64,000 nucleotides of DNA from Phoronis australis (lineage: Eukaryota > Animalia > Phoronida), in contig NMRA01000024.1 in assembly GCA_002633005.1 (NCBI GenBank), positions 1,538,780 to 1,602,779 on the forward strand, given 5' to 3'. The first letter of the stretch is position 1. Each line of letters begins with the position of its first letter. Shown here in pieces: positions 27,901 to 42,900 of this stretch. The translations under genes and the position numbers were made by a program. Under the pieces are notes generated by a model. The model saw only the letters and a program-made list of their open reading frames with translations. It ran no database searches and was not told the origin of the DNA.

Positions 27901-30900
27901 TCAAGCAGGCCTACTCACTGTCAATATGGCTGAAGATGAAAGCCAACTCCGGTGGGATTTCTAGCCTGGAGACATTGGCGACTTCCCTGGCTTTGCGTTC
28001 CTGAAATTGTGGGATCAAAAAGTTAAAATGGAACACATTATATAACATGCAGTAATGTCGTTTCATGGATTGCAAAACCTCACTAATTTAGGCCATAATA
28101 TGGCCGAGGGAAATTTCATTTCATCATCTTTTCCAGAAAACGTGTACTGGTAGTGCCAAATTGACCATACATGTTACCCAATACTGGAATTATGTATTTG
28201 CTATAGATTTCGATGTTTCTGTAGTGCTACGGCGTAGTAACAAAATGTTACATATTTCTGGTAATTAATACACATTTTTGCCCATGTTCATAACAAAGAT
28301 TTCAAACCTCCGCTTTGGCTTTTACTGGCAATCTCTTTGTCGAAATATCATGATAATATCTCTTATTACGAGCCTTGCTCGATCAGGGCCAGATGAGTTT
28401 CCAAGGAGCATAACAACACTCACAGTTACTAGATTAAGAGCCTCTAATAGGTAAGTAGGTGCATGTAATGCATTTTGACACTTGACAATATTTTGACTCA
28501 TTTTCATCAGTGCTATGGTTTTTTACAGCCATTGCTATGGCTAGAGCAAAAAAATGGTTGACATGTATGAATTAAGTGGTTTTCCAAGTTCAAATTTTAA
28601 AGCACAGTTGACATTCACCAAGTCAGAAGCTTTTAAAAAATGAAAACGGGCATTTTCTTATCATTTTTGTCCAAAATCAGTGAGAATTTTTCATACTTAG
28701 TATAGCGTAGAAAAAGCTCAACATTGAAGCCAACGCCACCACAACCAGATGAATAACAGAATTTTAATTAAACCAGCACTAATATCATTTCACTCCTGGT
28801 GTTTCACTGTAAACTTAGAAGTCAAAATGAAAGACTTGGCCAACGCAAGTTTCAAATGGAGTGCATTAACACTACATATAGGAATAAATTTTCCATTCAG
28901 AACAGACTACAAATGAATTGAAATTTTACAATTAAAATATAAATAATGACAATAGTTTAAAAATTTTTTAGCCAGCTAAGCAGAACAAAATGCAATTTGA
29001 ATGTGACTGTTATGAATCATACTTGAACAGAATCAATGAGCCATTTAGCCAATAGATTAGGATTCGTCAAACTTCCTTAGGACAAGTGATTTTCTGTTGG
29101 AATTAGCACTCCTAAAAAGACACCATTTTCTGACAGGTTGACAAACAAGGTGAAAAACTGTAGCCAGGGGCAGATCGAGCATTTTGAGTTATGGGGTGTG
29201 GGCAAGACAGAGTATTAGCCAGAATTTTGCCCGTCAGACATCGCACACCCAAAGTGCCAAGTGGAATCTGAAAGAATTCCTCCCTAAACCCGCCATTGGT
29301 AGACTGTGCTACTAAAAGACCACAAACCTCCATTTTATGACAGAAAGTCACATCAGTAGGAATACGTGTTCAATGTTGAAGTAAATGACAGCAGTCCCGT
29401 TAACTTAACACATCCGATCAGAGAACAGAGCACCAACAACAATACTCGATAAACGATAAACGATTAGTCGGTAACTGTAGATGGCTATTATTTGTATTTG
29501 CCTATGGTACACTGGGTCAACTTGTCTGATCCATAACACAACTAACATATGTTGAATATAATTACACCACTGACTATTATACGATACTCAGGTAAAGGAG
29601 AGGGTGACTTTGTTATGAAAACATTCAATTGCTTGTTGCACGTTGTTAACAAGGAACTCATAATAATTATGTAAATGAATCAAGACCACATGTTGAATAT
29701 AGTTAAACTATTGACTTCAGTATGAATGCTAGACAGACGTGGACTTTGCTACGAAAAAAATCAATTGTTTGTTATAGGTTGTGGGCAAAGAACTGGTAAT
29801 ATGTGAAAGAATTAGAATGAATTTCGTTGACAACCCTGAATAGCAATTCATCGTAAATTTGAAATTGCAAGAGCAAAGATCCCTGAAATTTAAGCTGCAT
29901 AAACAAGCTAACTTCTAAGTGTAATTCGAACACAAAAATCACCAAACATTCATTGGCATTTAGACACCGGATTTGGTGCAAATTTTTGCCATTGTGTTGA
30001 ATCCCTTGTGTGACTAAAATGAATACAAAATGCTCTGGGGAATCGTTTGTTATTCTATACTGAACAGCTTCTCATTTCTAATGAAGCTTTAGCAAGAAAT
30101 AAAATAATGCTTTGAAAACTGCATGCTACTTTCATTTCAATTCACCCCTGGGTATTTCAGCTGCACATTGAGTATTTTGTCCAATGGAACCAATTGTGGA
30201 CAATTACAGTAATTAAAGTGACAGAGCAGAGGTATGGAACAATAGTCGACAATTACAGTAACATGTGACAGTGCAGAGGTATGAGCCAACAGGAACCGTC
30301 ACTGTCTGCCTCTATACACAAAAAGGATTCAGAGTTACCTTAGCTTCTTGTTCAGCCTTTTGTCGAGCCTTCTCAACGGCTATGCGGTCCTCTTCCATTT
30401 TACGTCGATATTCGTCGCGCATCTAAAAACACGGCCACAAACTTGTTAACCCATGCAACCCAGGCAACACAGCTTTTACTCACAGCGCAAAGCGTGACTA
30501 TACAAATATCATAGTGATTACCCAGTGATGAACCAGCATAAGTTGAGATTAATTTCATGCATGTACTTAGTGACCACAGTAGGCATTACATACACAACCC
30601 CTGGATATTTGAATCTTCTGCACTAGGACAAGGGATCTGCTTCGCTACATAAAAAGGGGCCTGTTTCACTACAGACACTTAAATTACTAATGTTAAAACA
30701 TCTTATTTGTTTGTCTGACAAATGCAAATAATACCTCGAGTCAGTGACTCACTAACAAAAAAGTGGGGTGCTTTCATGGTCCAAACTGCTTTGATTTTGG
30801 GACCAAATGTTGGTCCAATTCTCTCTAACTAAAATATTTAAAAATCACCCTCATTTGGTCCAAAAATCCCCTCCAGTGAATAAAAAAGTTCCTGATAAGG

Positions 30901-33900
30901 GCTAATGAATTGGTGGTGACCAGGGGTAGGGAATTTTCACTTCAAACAAAAAATTCCCCTCTCAGAAGGCACAGTCAGGCACCACGTCGAGTGAGCTAGG
31001 GCCTTGGCTCTGGTCATAACACCAGTTATAAATCCTATAAAAGGCATAAAAAGTAATGCACCTACATTAGTTTGCAAAATTCCTGTGACTAAATGTATAG
31101 CAAAGATGTATGAATTACCTGAGTCACCTTCAAAGAAGAAGTTAAGCAAAAATATCCTCTGCCACAGATGTGTGTGATACAAACAAACAACAAAATCGAC
31201 CAGACTCACAATTTTCAAGTAATTTACAAATGGGTGTATTGTTGGTCTGTTTTGGCATTAACTAACAAGGTTGCCAAGAAACAACTTTCTATGAGAACAG
31301 CCCCGGGACTCAAAGAAAAATGATAAAGCAATTGCCACTGGGACAGGTGTGACAGGCAAGTAACGCTAAGACAAATACAAGAGGCAACTGCTAAAGGGCC
31401 AAATACAGCAGGCAACCGTTTCCTGGGCGGACAAAGGCAATTGTTACTGGGACAAATACAACAGGCAATTATCTCCAGGGTGGACATAGGCAACTGTTGC
31501 TGGGACAAATAAAAAAGGCAACTGTCTCCAGGGCGGACACAGGCAATTTTTACTAAGACAAATAAAACAGGCAACACTGTTACAGAAATAAATACACCAA
31601 GCAATGGAAAGTTCTGACATCAATCAAGCCAAGTAGGGCAGACAAAAATGTGACCACTGCACTTGTCCTTCACCTTTAGTCTCACAAAAACTAAAATTAA
31701 TGAAAGCAGAAAGATGATTTCTATGAGCTTAAGACACTTTCAATGCAGACTTATGGTAAGTAAACATGGAAAAGGGTGAACAGGGTGTAAAAGTATGTGG
31801 CAGACATTGTAATCAGCTGACTATATGCCTGGGAATAAGACTTCAGAATAAACAGCTAAAAGTGAAACAAATTCCCTTTCCTAATGTGTCACAAATTTGT
31901 TCTTCTTATTAGAAGTATCTGATGTGATTTAGGGTAAAAAATGTGTGGGTGACAGTACACGTGACCTCATTGACAACCCACCAAGAACCACATATGTGTA
32001 TTGTTATTCCCAACACCAGACCAGATGCAGACAGATACAGATTTCTTTTGTCAGGACATACCAGAATTGACATTCACAACCAGTCCTATTTAGACTATCT
32101 AATTACAAATATCTGCACCAGTGGCTACCAACAAAACTTTACACCATGTGATCCCACAAAGACATTTTCTCCTCATCTTCATTTGTACTAAGGAATATAA
32201 GTCACAAGAACACGTCCTAATCTTGCAAACATAATTTGAGTACAGGGGAGAACAGCTTTAAGCTATAGGCAGTCACAGTATACCAAGCTGTTTGAATTAG
32301 TCTGGCACCAGAATGAAGTTGATGAGAATGGGTTTCAGTCATCTATGAATGGAATTTTGGATATACTGCTGTCTGAAATGGTTATTTTTACACCAGAGCT
32401 CTTTGCAATAATTGCGTATTTCAGTAAAACATCATGACAAAAAGAATCAGTTGTACTACAATTACAAGGGACCTCTTCCATATTAGCTTGTGGGATTTTG
32501 TAATGATAGCTATGATTGGTGTGGCCAAACCATTTTTAACTGGACAGATTCAGAGGGTAATTGTTCGTGGGACAAATACAAAGGGAAAATTGTCACTGGG
32601 ACAAATAAGGCAGGAAATTGTGACCTGGACACATGTTGCAGGTGGCTGTCAGCAGGACAAGTGCAACACGTAATTGTCACGACAACAAATACAAGAGACA
32701 ACTATCACTAAATCAAATACAACAAGCACTTGTCATGGAGACATGCATAAAATAGAACACTATCACCGCAGAGACACATGTTGCAATTAGTTGTTACTTG
32801 AACATGTACAACATGCACCAGTTAGTGGGACAAATACAGCCACGAAATAATGACCACTGGGACAACTATAACAGGCAACTATTATAGTGACAAATACAAT
32901 AGGTAACTAACACTGCTGCGAAAATTAAAACAAACAACTGTCGCTGGGCCAAGCAATAGTCACGGGACAGATACAAGAGGATACAGTCACAAAGAAGCCA
33001 ATCTTGGCTTGATCTTAAAGACAAAAATGTGTGCTTGTTTTCCAGTTACCTGAATGTAAATCTTCCTCTGTCTCTGCATTTTGAACTGTGCTTGGGCCTT
33101 TATGAAACCCTTTCTGATCAGCATGAAGCGAGTCCTGGAAATAGAGTCAAGTAACAAATGGGATGGGCGAAGAGTAAATCAACTCGATATTGGCTCAAGC
33201 AAAAGTCAGTGCCAAGGTTTGATCTCCTAATACTGGTTTTGGGGAAAACTCAAATTTTCAGCTCAAGAACTACAACTACTACACGAATCTGAAGTCAACA
33301 GTCATTCTCGGACATTTAACGAAAAACTGACAAGATATGGAAAGTGTCAAACTAACAGTGCATCAATTAACCATAAGTAGCCGAAGTCCCATGAATTAAG
33401 TACGTGTCCATTTTTATAAACAAAGTGATCTACTATTGTATGATATGCTTGTATTACTCAGTAATGGAAATGCTCGACCAGTGAGTAACTGAAAACTTTA
33501 CCATATCCAACAAATATTACACATACCTACATGTGTTTTACATGATACACACTTTCATGGAAACATGAGAATAAGAATAACTATTAACAGAATAGAAAAC
33601 ACTTTTCTTTTTCAAAAAAAGTCCTCTGAGAATAAAACAAAACTGATAACTAAAGGAGAACAGACACGAGTTGCACATTCTGATTTTGTTATTCACAACA
33701 CTGACTAACACTGACAGGGAACACGTCAACAGACTTACGTAGGTTGGTAGCGTTTCAGAGAAGAATGAATAATTCAGAGACAGACTGAGAATTTCAGAAT
33801 TGGGTAGAATTTATTCGCCAACAAAACGGCATATTTCACACATTCACGCATTCTTCATGCCTTCTGCGCAAGACAAAAGAGGGGGGTACTGTGTAAGGGG

Positions 33901-36900
33901 GTTAGAACAAGAAATAAAAGACAGGATACAACACCCTTTTCACATTTCAACCAACTCACCAGACGGTTGATATAAACGTAATATCCTGATGCTACCCCTC
34001 TCAATTAATGGTATTCATTGACAATACCACGCAGCCATGAGACAATTTGGTTCATTGCTGTCAAGCTCATCAATGTTTTACATGAAAGCTAGTTTGCCAT
34101 TTGTCATTCTAATGCCAGTTAAGTTTTACTGTCGATGCACATTGGCTCGAAATGCTGGCATAACACTGACAGGTCGAGGGAACAAGCAAGGACTCTTCAA
34201 CGTTCAAATTCACGCAGAAATACATTTAGCGACCTAACACTTCAAAAACTAGGCAAATTGTAAGAGTTGAATTTAGGGTTTGGCTTTGGACGAAGTCAAA
34301 GACCAGGAGGTATACATTAACAAGCACAGGTTTTCGATGTATGGGTGGTAATTTGCCCAGATGAATATTTGACGATGTCTCAGTCAACTCTGCTGCTAGA
34401 TTTTATCATCTAATTCAAGAGCATGTAAGAGATCTTGTGTTGAATGTCTCGCGTAGAGTTAAAGTAAGTAAGTTCCTGAATAAATATCTTTCCACACAAA
34501 AGACAATTAAACTTTTGAAGCTGCTTGAATTGTGTTGAAGCCAAAGGTAAGAAAACTATACTGTACAAAAACTTGTCTCGGCAACATCATTGTATCAGGT
34601 GAATGATTAACTAACTTCAGTTTATGGTCTAACACTCCTTTGAAAATGCAAATAACTACAAACATTGAAAAGATATTCTTTCCAAATCAATACTTCTAAT
34701 GAAGCAGGTCATAAATGTTTATGTTCACATATCATTAAAACAGTCGCTTTCAGAAATCTTGTGACCATACCGTTGAATCCAGCGTCTGACGGACGCTTGA
34801 AGAAGAATGCTCGCTCGAAGCATGCGCTGGTACCGTCTCTTGGCAATGTAACACCGCGCATGCTTTTGCAAAACGAGTATGGCCTTGTCGAGTTTCTGCT
34901 GTCGCTCAGCTTCCAGGTGAGTGTTGAAAGATTCACGCATAAACACCTGAAAGTAACAGACTTTCCATTTTATTTCAGTAAAAAAGTGTGACCTTATGTA
35001 TTCAAGAGGTTCCCGCATTTGCACAATGCACACCTAGTTGGTGGTCCCTAACACATTTAGAAACCTGCGCCTTACTGTTCAACTTGATAAATACTACACA
35101 AAAACATATCTAAGGTTGTTTTTTAACGATGAGTCTTGCTAACTGAGTGTCAATCACAACTTTTATGACTTTAAGCCAGCCACATCATAGGGCCGCTCAA
35201 GTTGGGAAAAAATCAGGTGACATTTTCTAGAAATAACAAAACAAGAGCAACGCAGAGCGTTGAAATGCGCCCACAATTGCACCACATACGGTATCCTTCT
35301 AGGGTTGTTTATTGGTACCATAAAGTGGCCAGTAGAGGGCATATATGTAGTATGTTGTATTTTGCAAAATGGAAAGGCATGGTCATTGTCTCCTCAATAG
35401 GCTAGGGGCAAAATGTGAGTGATCTTCATAATACAAGCACATCCTATNNNNNNNNNNNNNNNNNNNNNNNNNNNNNNNNNNNNNNNNNNNNNNNNNNNNN
35501 NNNNNNNNNNNNNNNNNNNNNNNNNNNNNNNNNNNNNNNNNNNNNNNNNNNNNNNNNNNNNNNNNNNNNNNNNNNNNNNNNNNNNNNNNNNNNNNNNNNN
35601 NNNNNNNNNNNNNNNNNNNNNNNNNNNNNNNNNNNNNNNNNNNNNNNNNNNNNNNNNNNNNNNNNNNNNNNNNNNNNNNNNNNNNNNNNNNNNNNNNNNN
35701 NNNNNNNNNNNNNNNNNNNNNNNNNNNNNNNNNNNNNNNNNNNNNNNNNNNNNNNNNNNNNNNNNNNNNNNNNNNNNNNNNNNNNNNNNNNNNNNNNNNN
35801 NNNNNNNNNNNNNNNNNNNNNNNNNNNNNNNNNNNNNNNNNNNNNNNNNNNNNNNNNNNNNNNNNNNNNNNNNNNNNNNNNNNNNNNNNNNACATGCCAA
35901 TTTTCACAATCATTCTTTGAGCGGTTTGGTTGATAGAGGGGTGGACGCACAAAAACAGACTCGAAAACACTAAAAATGGCCACTAGGTGGCGCAAACTAT
36001 GTCGAATCCATCTGAAAACGGCAGGATAGCGTCACCTCACTAATAGGTGCCTACATACCAAATTTCATGAAAATCCGTTCATGACTTTTGAAGATACAAA
36101 GGCAAGCGTAAAAAACTAAAATTGCCACTAGGGGGCACACCGGTAGTCGGATCCGTCCGAAAGTTCGCATATGCCGTCCCATTCATAAATGGAACATATG
36201 TGCCAAATTTCATGAACATATGTCAAAGGGTTTTGGAGATAGAGCAGCGGACGCCGGACGCCGCCCGTACGGACGGACGGACGGACGGACGGAGATGACG
36301 GCATAATGCGTCCACATATAAATATGTGGGCGCATAAAAATACTGTATCACCACTTTGTTCTTAAAAAACGCCAACCAGAACCAATTGTTTTGTCCTAAA
36401 GAGTTTGTAATACACAAGCCAGCTTACAAGATCTGTAACCTAGAGAATATCCCAAGCAGCAATCGTGACCATAGAGACACACCCGCAAATTACAGAGAAA
36501 TGACCTACATGGAAATTTACTGTTCCATTTGAAAAAAATTCTAACTTGATAATTTAAAAAACTTGATTTGCATGTTCCTTAAATCCCGTTCATTTTGATG
36601 CAATCAGATACTGGTGTCATAGATTTGTGGTGTGCATTCAATTCAAACCCTGATCAATCAAGGTTGAAAACACGGGGGCACACATAGTGAAAGGTGCGAA
36701 TTGGGAGAGGGCATTGAAATGGTTATACCTGTTTTTCATAACTTAGGTATACAGATGGGACCCACTTTTTGCCTGTGCTTCAGGTACACACGGTACCCCT
36801 GAAGCTTAGTAGACGTGCACAAATTATAGCCATTTTAAGAAGATCACAATTTTCAAAGCCAAGCAGCAACCCCTCACACATATATGGGTAGTGCACCCGT

Positions 36901-39900
36901 GGAACAAGTCCGGCCTACCCTTGTCGTTCCGAGCTGATAGTGTTGAACGTGTACTCCGCCAACAGCGTCCATGATGGTGGTGCAGAACAGCTTGATATTC
37001 TTCCTGTTGTCCACCTGTTGGCTGTTCAGTAAGCAAAAGAACCTGGAAATGACGTAAATTAGTGTAACAACAAAAATCGATGAAACAATATATTCTTTAT
37101 GATCATAATATTCAAGACCATGGTCTGCGTTATTTATTGTCTGCACACAGCGGCAGTTTCAATAAATGACAATTTTGCAGAATTCATCAAATACGAGACA
37201 TCACAGCCTGTACGTTTGCAAAAATAATTCATACCATCTGAAATGGCAAATCATGAAGTTTTCCAACTGGTTTCACCACGTTCCAAATAACTATTACTTG
37301 CCTGTCGATAAAAGCGCGGAAGCGCGTTCTGATTGGATAGCCGAGCTTGCGGATGCGGATAGTCTCTAGCATGCCAGTGTAGCGAAGCTGATCCATGACA
37401 ATGGCTGTGTCAAAGGTCATGGGTGCTTTACTGGCGTTGGGCTTGATGCATCGAACAAACAACGGGTTGCATCTACAAACAGAATAACTACAGAGATGAA
37501 GATTTTAAGAAGCAGCACTTCAGGAATTCTAGTCAGAGACCCTATCGAGTTTGAAACAACCCGACGGTGTATTTCTATACGTCAGGGTTAGTTAGCTTGA
37601 CCCAAGCATTCTGGAACAAGGTACATGCGGCATATAACTCTCTGGCTTTTTGAGACCAAGAAGGCATCTTTCATTTCACTACATTACTAATTCTGGTCTG
37701 CCGAGTTGACGTGGATGAAATGCAATTTTTATCTAATGCAGACATTTGGAGACATGGGTGATTGTTGACCTCAATCCTGAGGCTGTTACACAGAACAACA
37801 TTGGCGACTTGAAGACATAATGATCACAAAGAATCTTCATGACAATGCTGCATATAACAGCACATTACGCTGCCCAGGGACTACTCTACTGACGTCCACC
37901 AACGAGGCATATTTCACTATAGCATTGCTATTCCATTAGATGATTACGAAACACCGTTCACGAACAACACAAAGCAACAACGAGCATGCAGTTCACTGGT
38001 TGCTGTTCGTTAAGGGTACTACATAAGCCAGCTGAACAAAACACTAATTGGCATTCCAAAGTCTATGTTGCATAAAACAAATTAGCCCTCTAGAGACAAG
38101 CAAAAATCGCACCTCACTGAATAAGTCTGACAAACACTACTCATCTGCTAACAAACGTGCAATGACAACAAAGAACATAGCAGTGTGAAGTAGCAGTACA
38201 CACATAGTGTACATTCATCTTCAGGGGAATTCAGTTTAATCAGAATGTTGGTTTGCCGTAAGTGATTCCAAATACCCAGCCTTCCTCAGGATTCTGCCAA
38301 GAGCATTTCCCTTCCTATCAGGAAATCACCAAAAACATGACCCAACTGTACAGTATACTGGAGCATTTTACACTGTTTAGTAGGTGAAAACTGTATCCCA
38401 GTACAGGATCGTGTGCCCCAAAATTGATCTTGGCGTATTTTTACACGAAAAATGTGATCTTATCAGGCGAAACATATTAGAACCTGAACAACCAAGGAAT
38501 GCTTTAAGAAGCCTTCTGCCACAAAAAAGTAACTTTCGATGGCATACAATTACAAATTAACAGATCCCAACATGTCCAAACTTGTTCCTTCACAATATTT
38601 AGATTCGAAGCAATTTCTGAGCACAGGAAAATCTAGCACTTCTTTAGTGATTGAGACGATGTTCGGCCCATAAAATAAGACATATGAGGCTAACTTAACG
38701 AGTCACGTTTCAAGAATTAAATGAACAGTCAGCTCTTCCCGTGCTTAGAAATCAGGTCTTGTACCCTGACTACCAAAGATACAAAATGAGACCTGTTTAA
38801 TGGTAAGCCAAGTAAATCTACAGCACTTTTTTCACAATGGCGGGTTTCTAGTGCCATAAAGATAACATCTACATTCAGCTGGAAACATGCAGCCACACAA
38901 ACAAAAACAACAACAACAAAATTCTAACACACCAGGTACAGTAATTTACACATTTGCTAAGTTAATAACTTTTCAGTGAGATACAACTCCCAAATTCCGT
39001 GTAAACATGAACGAGTTGTCATCATATCTCATCACATTCGTCGTTCTCCGTTCATCACTCTCGTTATTGCACTTGAGCAAAACCAATCCCACAATGCATT
39101 ACACTGAAGATACAGAATAAACATTTACGACAATTGAAGAAACTACTGCACCTTCTAACAAAACAAAATAACAATCCTTCTGCTAATTCACACTCTTTTA
39201 ATTCACATTTTGCTCCCGTGATGGTGCTTATACCAACGTAAAATTCTTCTCTATTTGCAAGGCACATGTCCGGAACAGCAATTCACACAATTTTGTACAA
39301 ATTAACAGAAGAATCGCCACACGCCATGAACAAAAAATGCCAAGTATAGTCTGCATAGCTTATACCTCGTCTGCTTTAAGTATCCATAGTTGTTTACTCT
39401 ACATGAAAGAAAACAAAGTTAACCCAAACTAACGGCAGCAAAGGGATCAACATTGAGAAATAAATGCACAAGATATTTGCTCTAGAAACACATAACTTTT
39501 AGAAAACATTTTTGTGTTACAAAAAATCAGTTAACATGTTCTCTAAGTGGTCTAGCTTATATCAGTATTCCGACTGGGACATGTAAGCTAAAAACAGTAT
39601 GGCTAGACAATTAAATTGGACATAATAAAAACGCAACTTTCACTCAACTTACTTTGACATGCAGCCAATCAAATTCAGCAATGATTCGTTGAAGCTGGCT
39701 GCAACGGTGGGAGTTTTGGGTTTCATTGTCAGGAAGCGACCGGTGGATTTATTGACAGTTCTCGTGACGAGCGTGTCCCGCAATTTGTTAAACATTTCCG
39801 AAATCATCTCATTCTTGCTCTGAGTGAGAAGGTCCACCACGTCACTGCGCAAGGTGTCCTTGTTTTTCTCCAGGAAGCCCTTCACCTAAAACAAATCAGT

Positions 39901-42900
39901 CGTTGCCATCGGCTATTAATTTCTTGACCTAAAGTTCCAGCTTTTTAAAGATGCCCAGATCTAACGTTTTCTGTAGCTTTCTGAGCTTAACTCAAATTAT
40001 TGTACGATGTATTTTTCGTAACGGACAATAAAAAAGACAAATATCACTAAGAAAAATTTATGACAATGTTCAATCAAATAAACGCATTGATAAAAAGGTC
40101 AGACGATTACTGAATACATCTGACTACATAAAAACCTAATGATTTTTCAAAATAAAGTCTGGTAATTTAAAAAGCAGAATGTTGTTAAAATACATGGGTT
40201 GTGGGACATAGTCCGCAAGCTCGTCACACACAAGCAATTCCCACTGGTCATGTTTCTGTTTGCATAAATTAAAACTATACTCTATGCTACTTTATGGTTG
40301 TTCTAACGTATCCAATGGTAACCAACGTGAAACTGTACCCATTAGCAATTTCAACGTAAAATAGAAGTTCGGCAAAAAGACGTATGTCGCAGGAATACAG
40401 AAACTACAATGTCTAGCATTGTTCAAGAGGGCTACGCCAAAGCTTTGTCAGAAATTGGGTGAATGATTGACATCAGATCATTTTGAGCATGACATGTTTT
40501 CAACTTCTTTGACCAGATGAGCAGAAAGGTACATGGTTAGTCCCTAAAAGACGTACAAATGCATTTAACACATTTTAAATCAGTGCTTGGAATAATAAAT
40601 GACAAAAAAGAGTAATTTGGTCCGGTGATATATGGTTCCGCAAATAAATAGGCTTGTGTGAAAGAAATATTTTTTGTGTTGTAAAATTTAACTGAAACAA
40701 ACATTTTTACATTGGATAAAATCAAAACAATGATAAAAAGAGACGAAAAAAGAAGAAACTAGAAATCAAGTAGAATGAAGTGGAAACCAACAAGAAGGAA
40801 ATTCTCTTAAAAAAGGAAAATTCCAAGCCCTGTTAAATAGACATTTACAACTGCAGTTCCAGACTTCAGCTTGACTTACGTTGTATGTGACCTGTCCTGC
40901 GTAGTGTTCGATGCGGAACTCTGAACTGGCCAATCGTGGCTTGCTGTAGAGTGAGGAGACCACGTGGTTAAAGTGACACTTGTCCAGGAACGACTGATCC
41001 GTACCCTGCGTAGACCAACAAACATTTGTATTACAAAGTTTAAATTCCTCTTCACAATAGTCAATCTAGTAGTCATGACTGGGAATTACGAATCAAATTG
41101 TCTGAAAACTTTTGGCTCACACTGTATCTAGTACAGCAGACAATGTAACGAGATATGCCAGCAGCACCGCTAGTCATTGTGAAGTCAATTAAGGGCACAA
41201 GACAAACAAATTACAGATACAGAAAAGAACACTATTAGCATTGCGGTGATGGCCAAGTTATGACTATTACCTTCAGTCTTTTTTTGGTGTGCATACATTT
41301 TGGGTACACAACCGGTTGTTTGAAGACTAGCAGAAAAGTATCTTCTGATACGACATGAACGATAAACCAAGCGCTCAAGGACTATACTGACTTGACTCAA
41401 GAACTGATCAATCACATTGTGTGAAATAGAAAAAATAACTAAAAGAGAGATACGCAATTTTCCACGTCACTTTTGAAGCTAAATGTCGGTGGACCCGGAG
41501 CCAGAATATAATCAACAAGATGTTTAGCAGCCTGAATGTATCACCTTAGGGAAATGACTCTCATCATCCAACAAGTGTAGTATGCCAGTTGGCTTCTTGG
41601 ACAGCAGGTCTAGGACAGGCTGATTGTCATGAAAGTCGATCGTCTGCCAGTCGATTTGCTCGCTGGCGTATACCTCCTGCTCTAGTTTAAAGATGTGTCG
41701 GTTGAAGTAAAGGTGAAGTGTTTCGTTGGCATAGTTGATGCACAGTTGCTCAAAACTGTTCACTGCAAAATCCTGAGGAGAGAGACCATCTTGATTCACA
41801 CCGAGCAATTACAACCCCAAAATGTATGCCTTCAAGCCTATATTCTGACAATTTTTCCAATACAGGCAATTTTAAAGTTACAAATTATGTTTAGGATTCG
41901 TGGGCAGTTTCTCTAAATAAAACAGTTTGAGTGTCAGTGAAAAAAAAGCTTTTATTCCGCTATGATAAGTCGGGCAATCACCAAGCCAGTTATTTGTTTT
42001 AGACGACTGTTGAAATCATTATGTAGTTTTTTAGCTTGTATATGTTCAAAACACTTTATGAAAAGTGCAGAACCCAAGCAGCATTATGCCAAATCCTTGT
42101 CATCAACAGAAGACAACAGGAAAGCGCAAAAAAATGGCAGACCACAACTGAAGTTTGTTACTTTTAAAAGCTTTGCAGCAATGGACACGCATACCTCAAA
42201 TCCGAATATATCCAGGATGGCGATTGAAAGAGTCTTGTTGGAGCGGTCCACTATCCGATTGATTCGTTCCACTAGCCATGTAAATAACCTCTGGTACAGT
42301 GCTTTGGCAACGGCATCCCTGCAAAAGAAGCCAGGCGGATCGATTGCAAGATATGAATAAATACAATGCACTGCTTACAGTATACTTAAGCGGAATAACA
42401 AGTTGATCTAGAACAATCTTGCTCTGATTTTATACCCAGTTGTGTATCCATTAACAATACAGAGCTGTAACATGGATTCATCATGCTTTCCCTACAAACA
42501 TATTTCTCTTCCCCAGAAGCACAGCTCTTGTCAACGGAGACGTAAACAAGCATGTGGCTGGTACAATGTGTAAACAAGCATGTGGCTGGTACAATGTGTA
42601 AACAAGCATGAGGCTGGTACAATGTGTAAACAAGCATGTGGCTGGTATAATGTGTAAAAGCAGCAAGAATGGGTACAATCGTCATTAACAAGAAATGTAC
42701 TCGTCAGAAACAAATCGTTGTGCATGAAAAATGAATTTCAGCATATGAGAAAGGAAGAGTATTCACGTCAAGAGAATGTCGTTATTGACACACTCAAAGT
42801 GGTTCCTAGGTCAAGAAGATTGAGTTTTCTTCCATGGGTAGGGGGCGCTGCCGTATGTTCAAAATCCACACCAAATATAAATTGTCTGGTTGACCAGAAC

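Noticed and set aside
35383-35995. Long ORFs containing X
   Set aside because: Artefacts of the N gap.
42542-42658. 28-bp repeat as CRISPR or coding (ORFs 42386-42725)
   Set aside because: No spacers; the ORFs are translations of a minisatellite.
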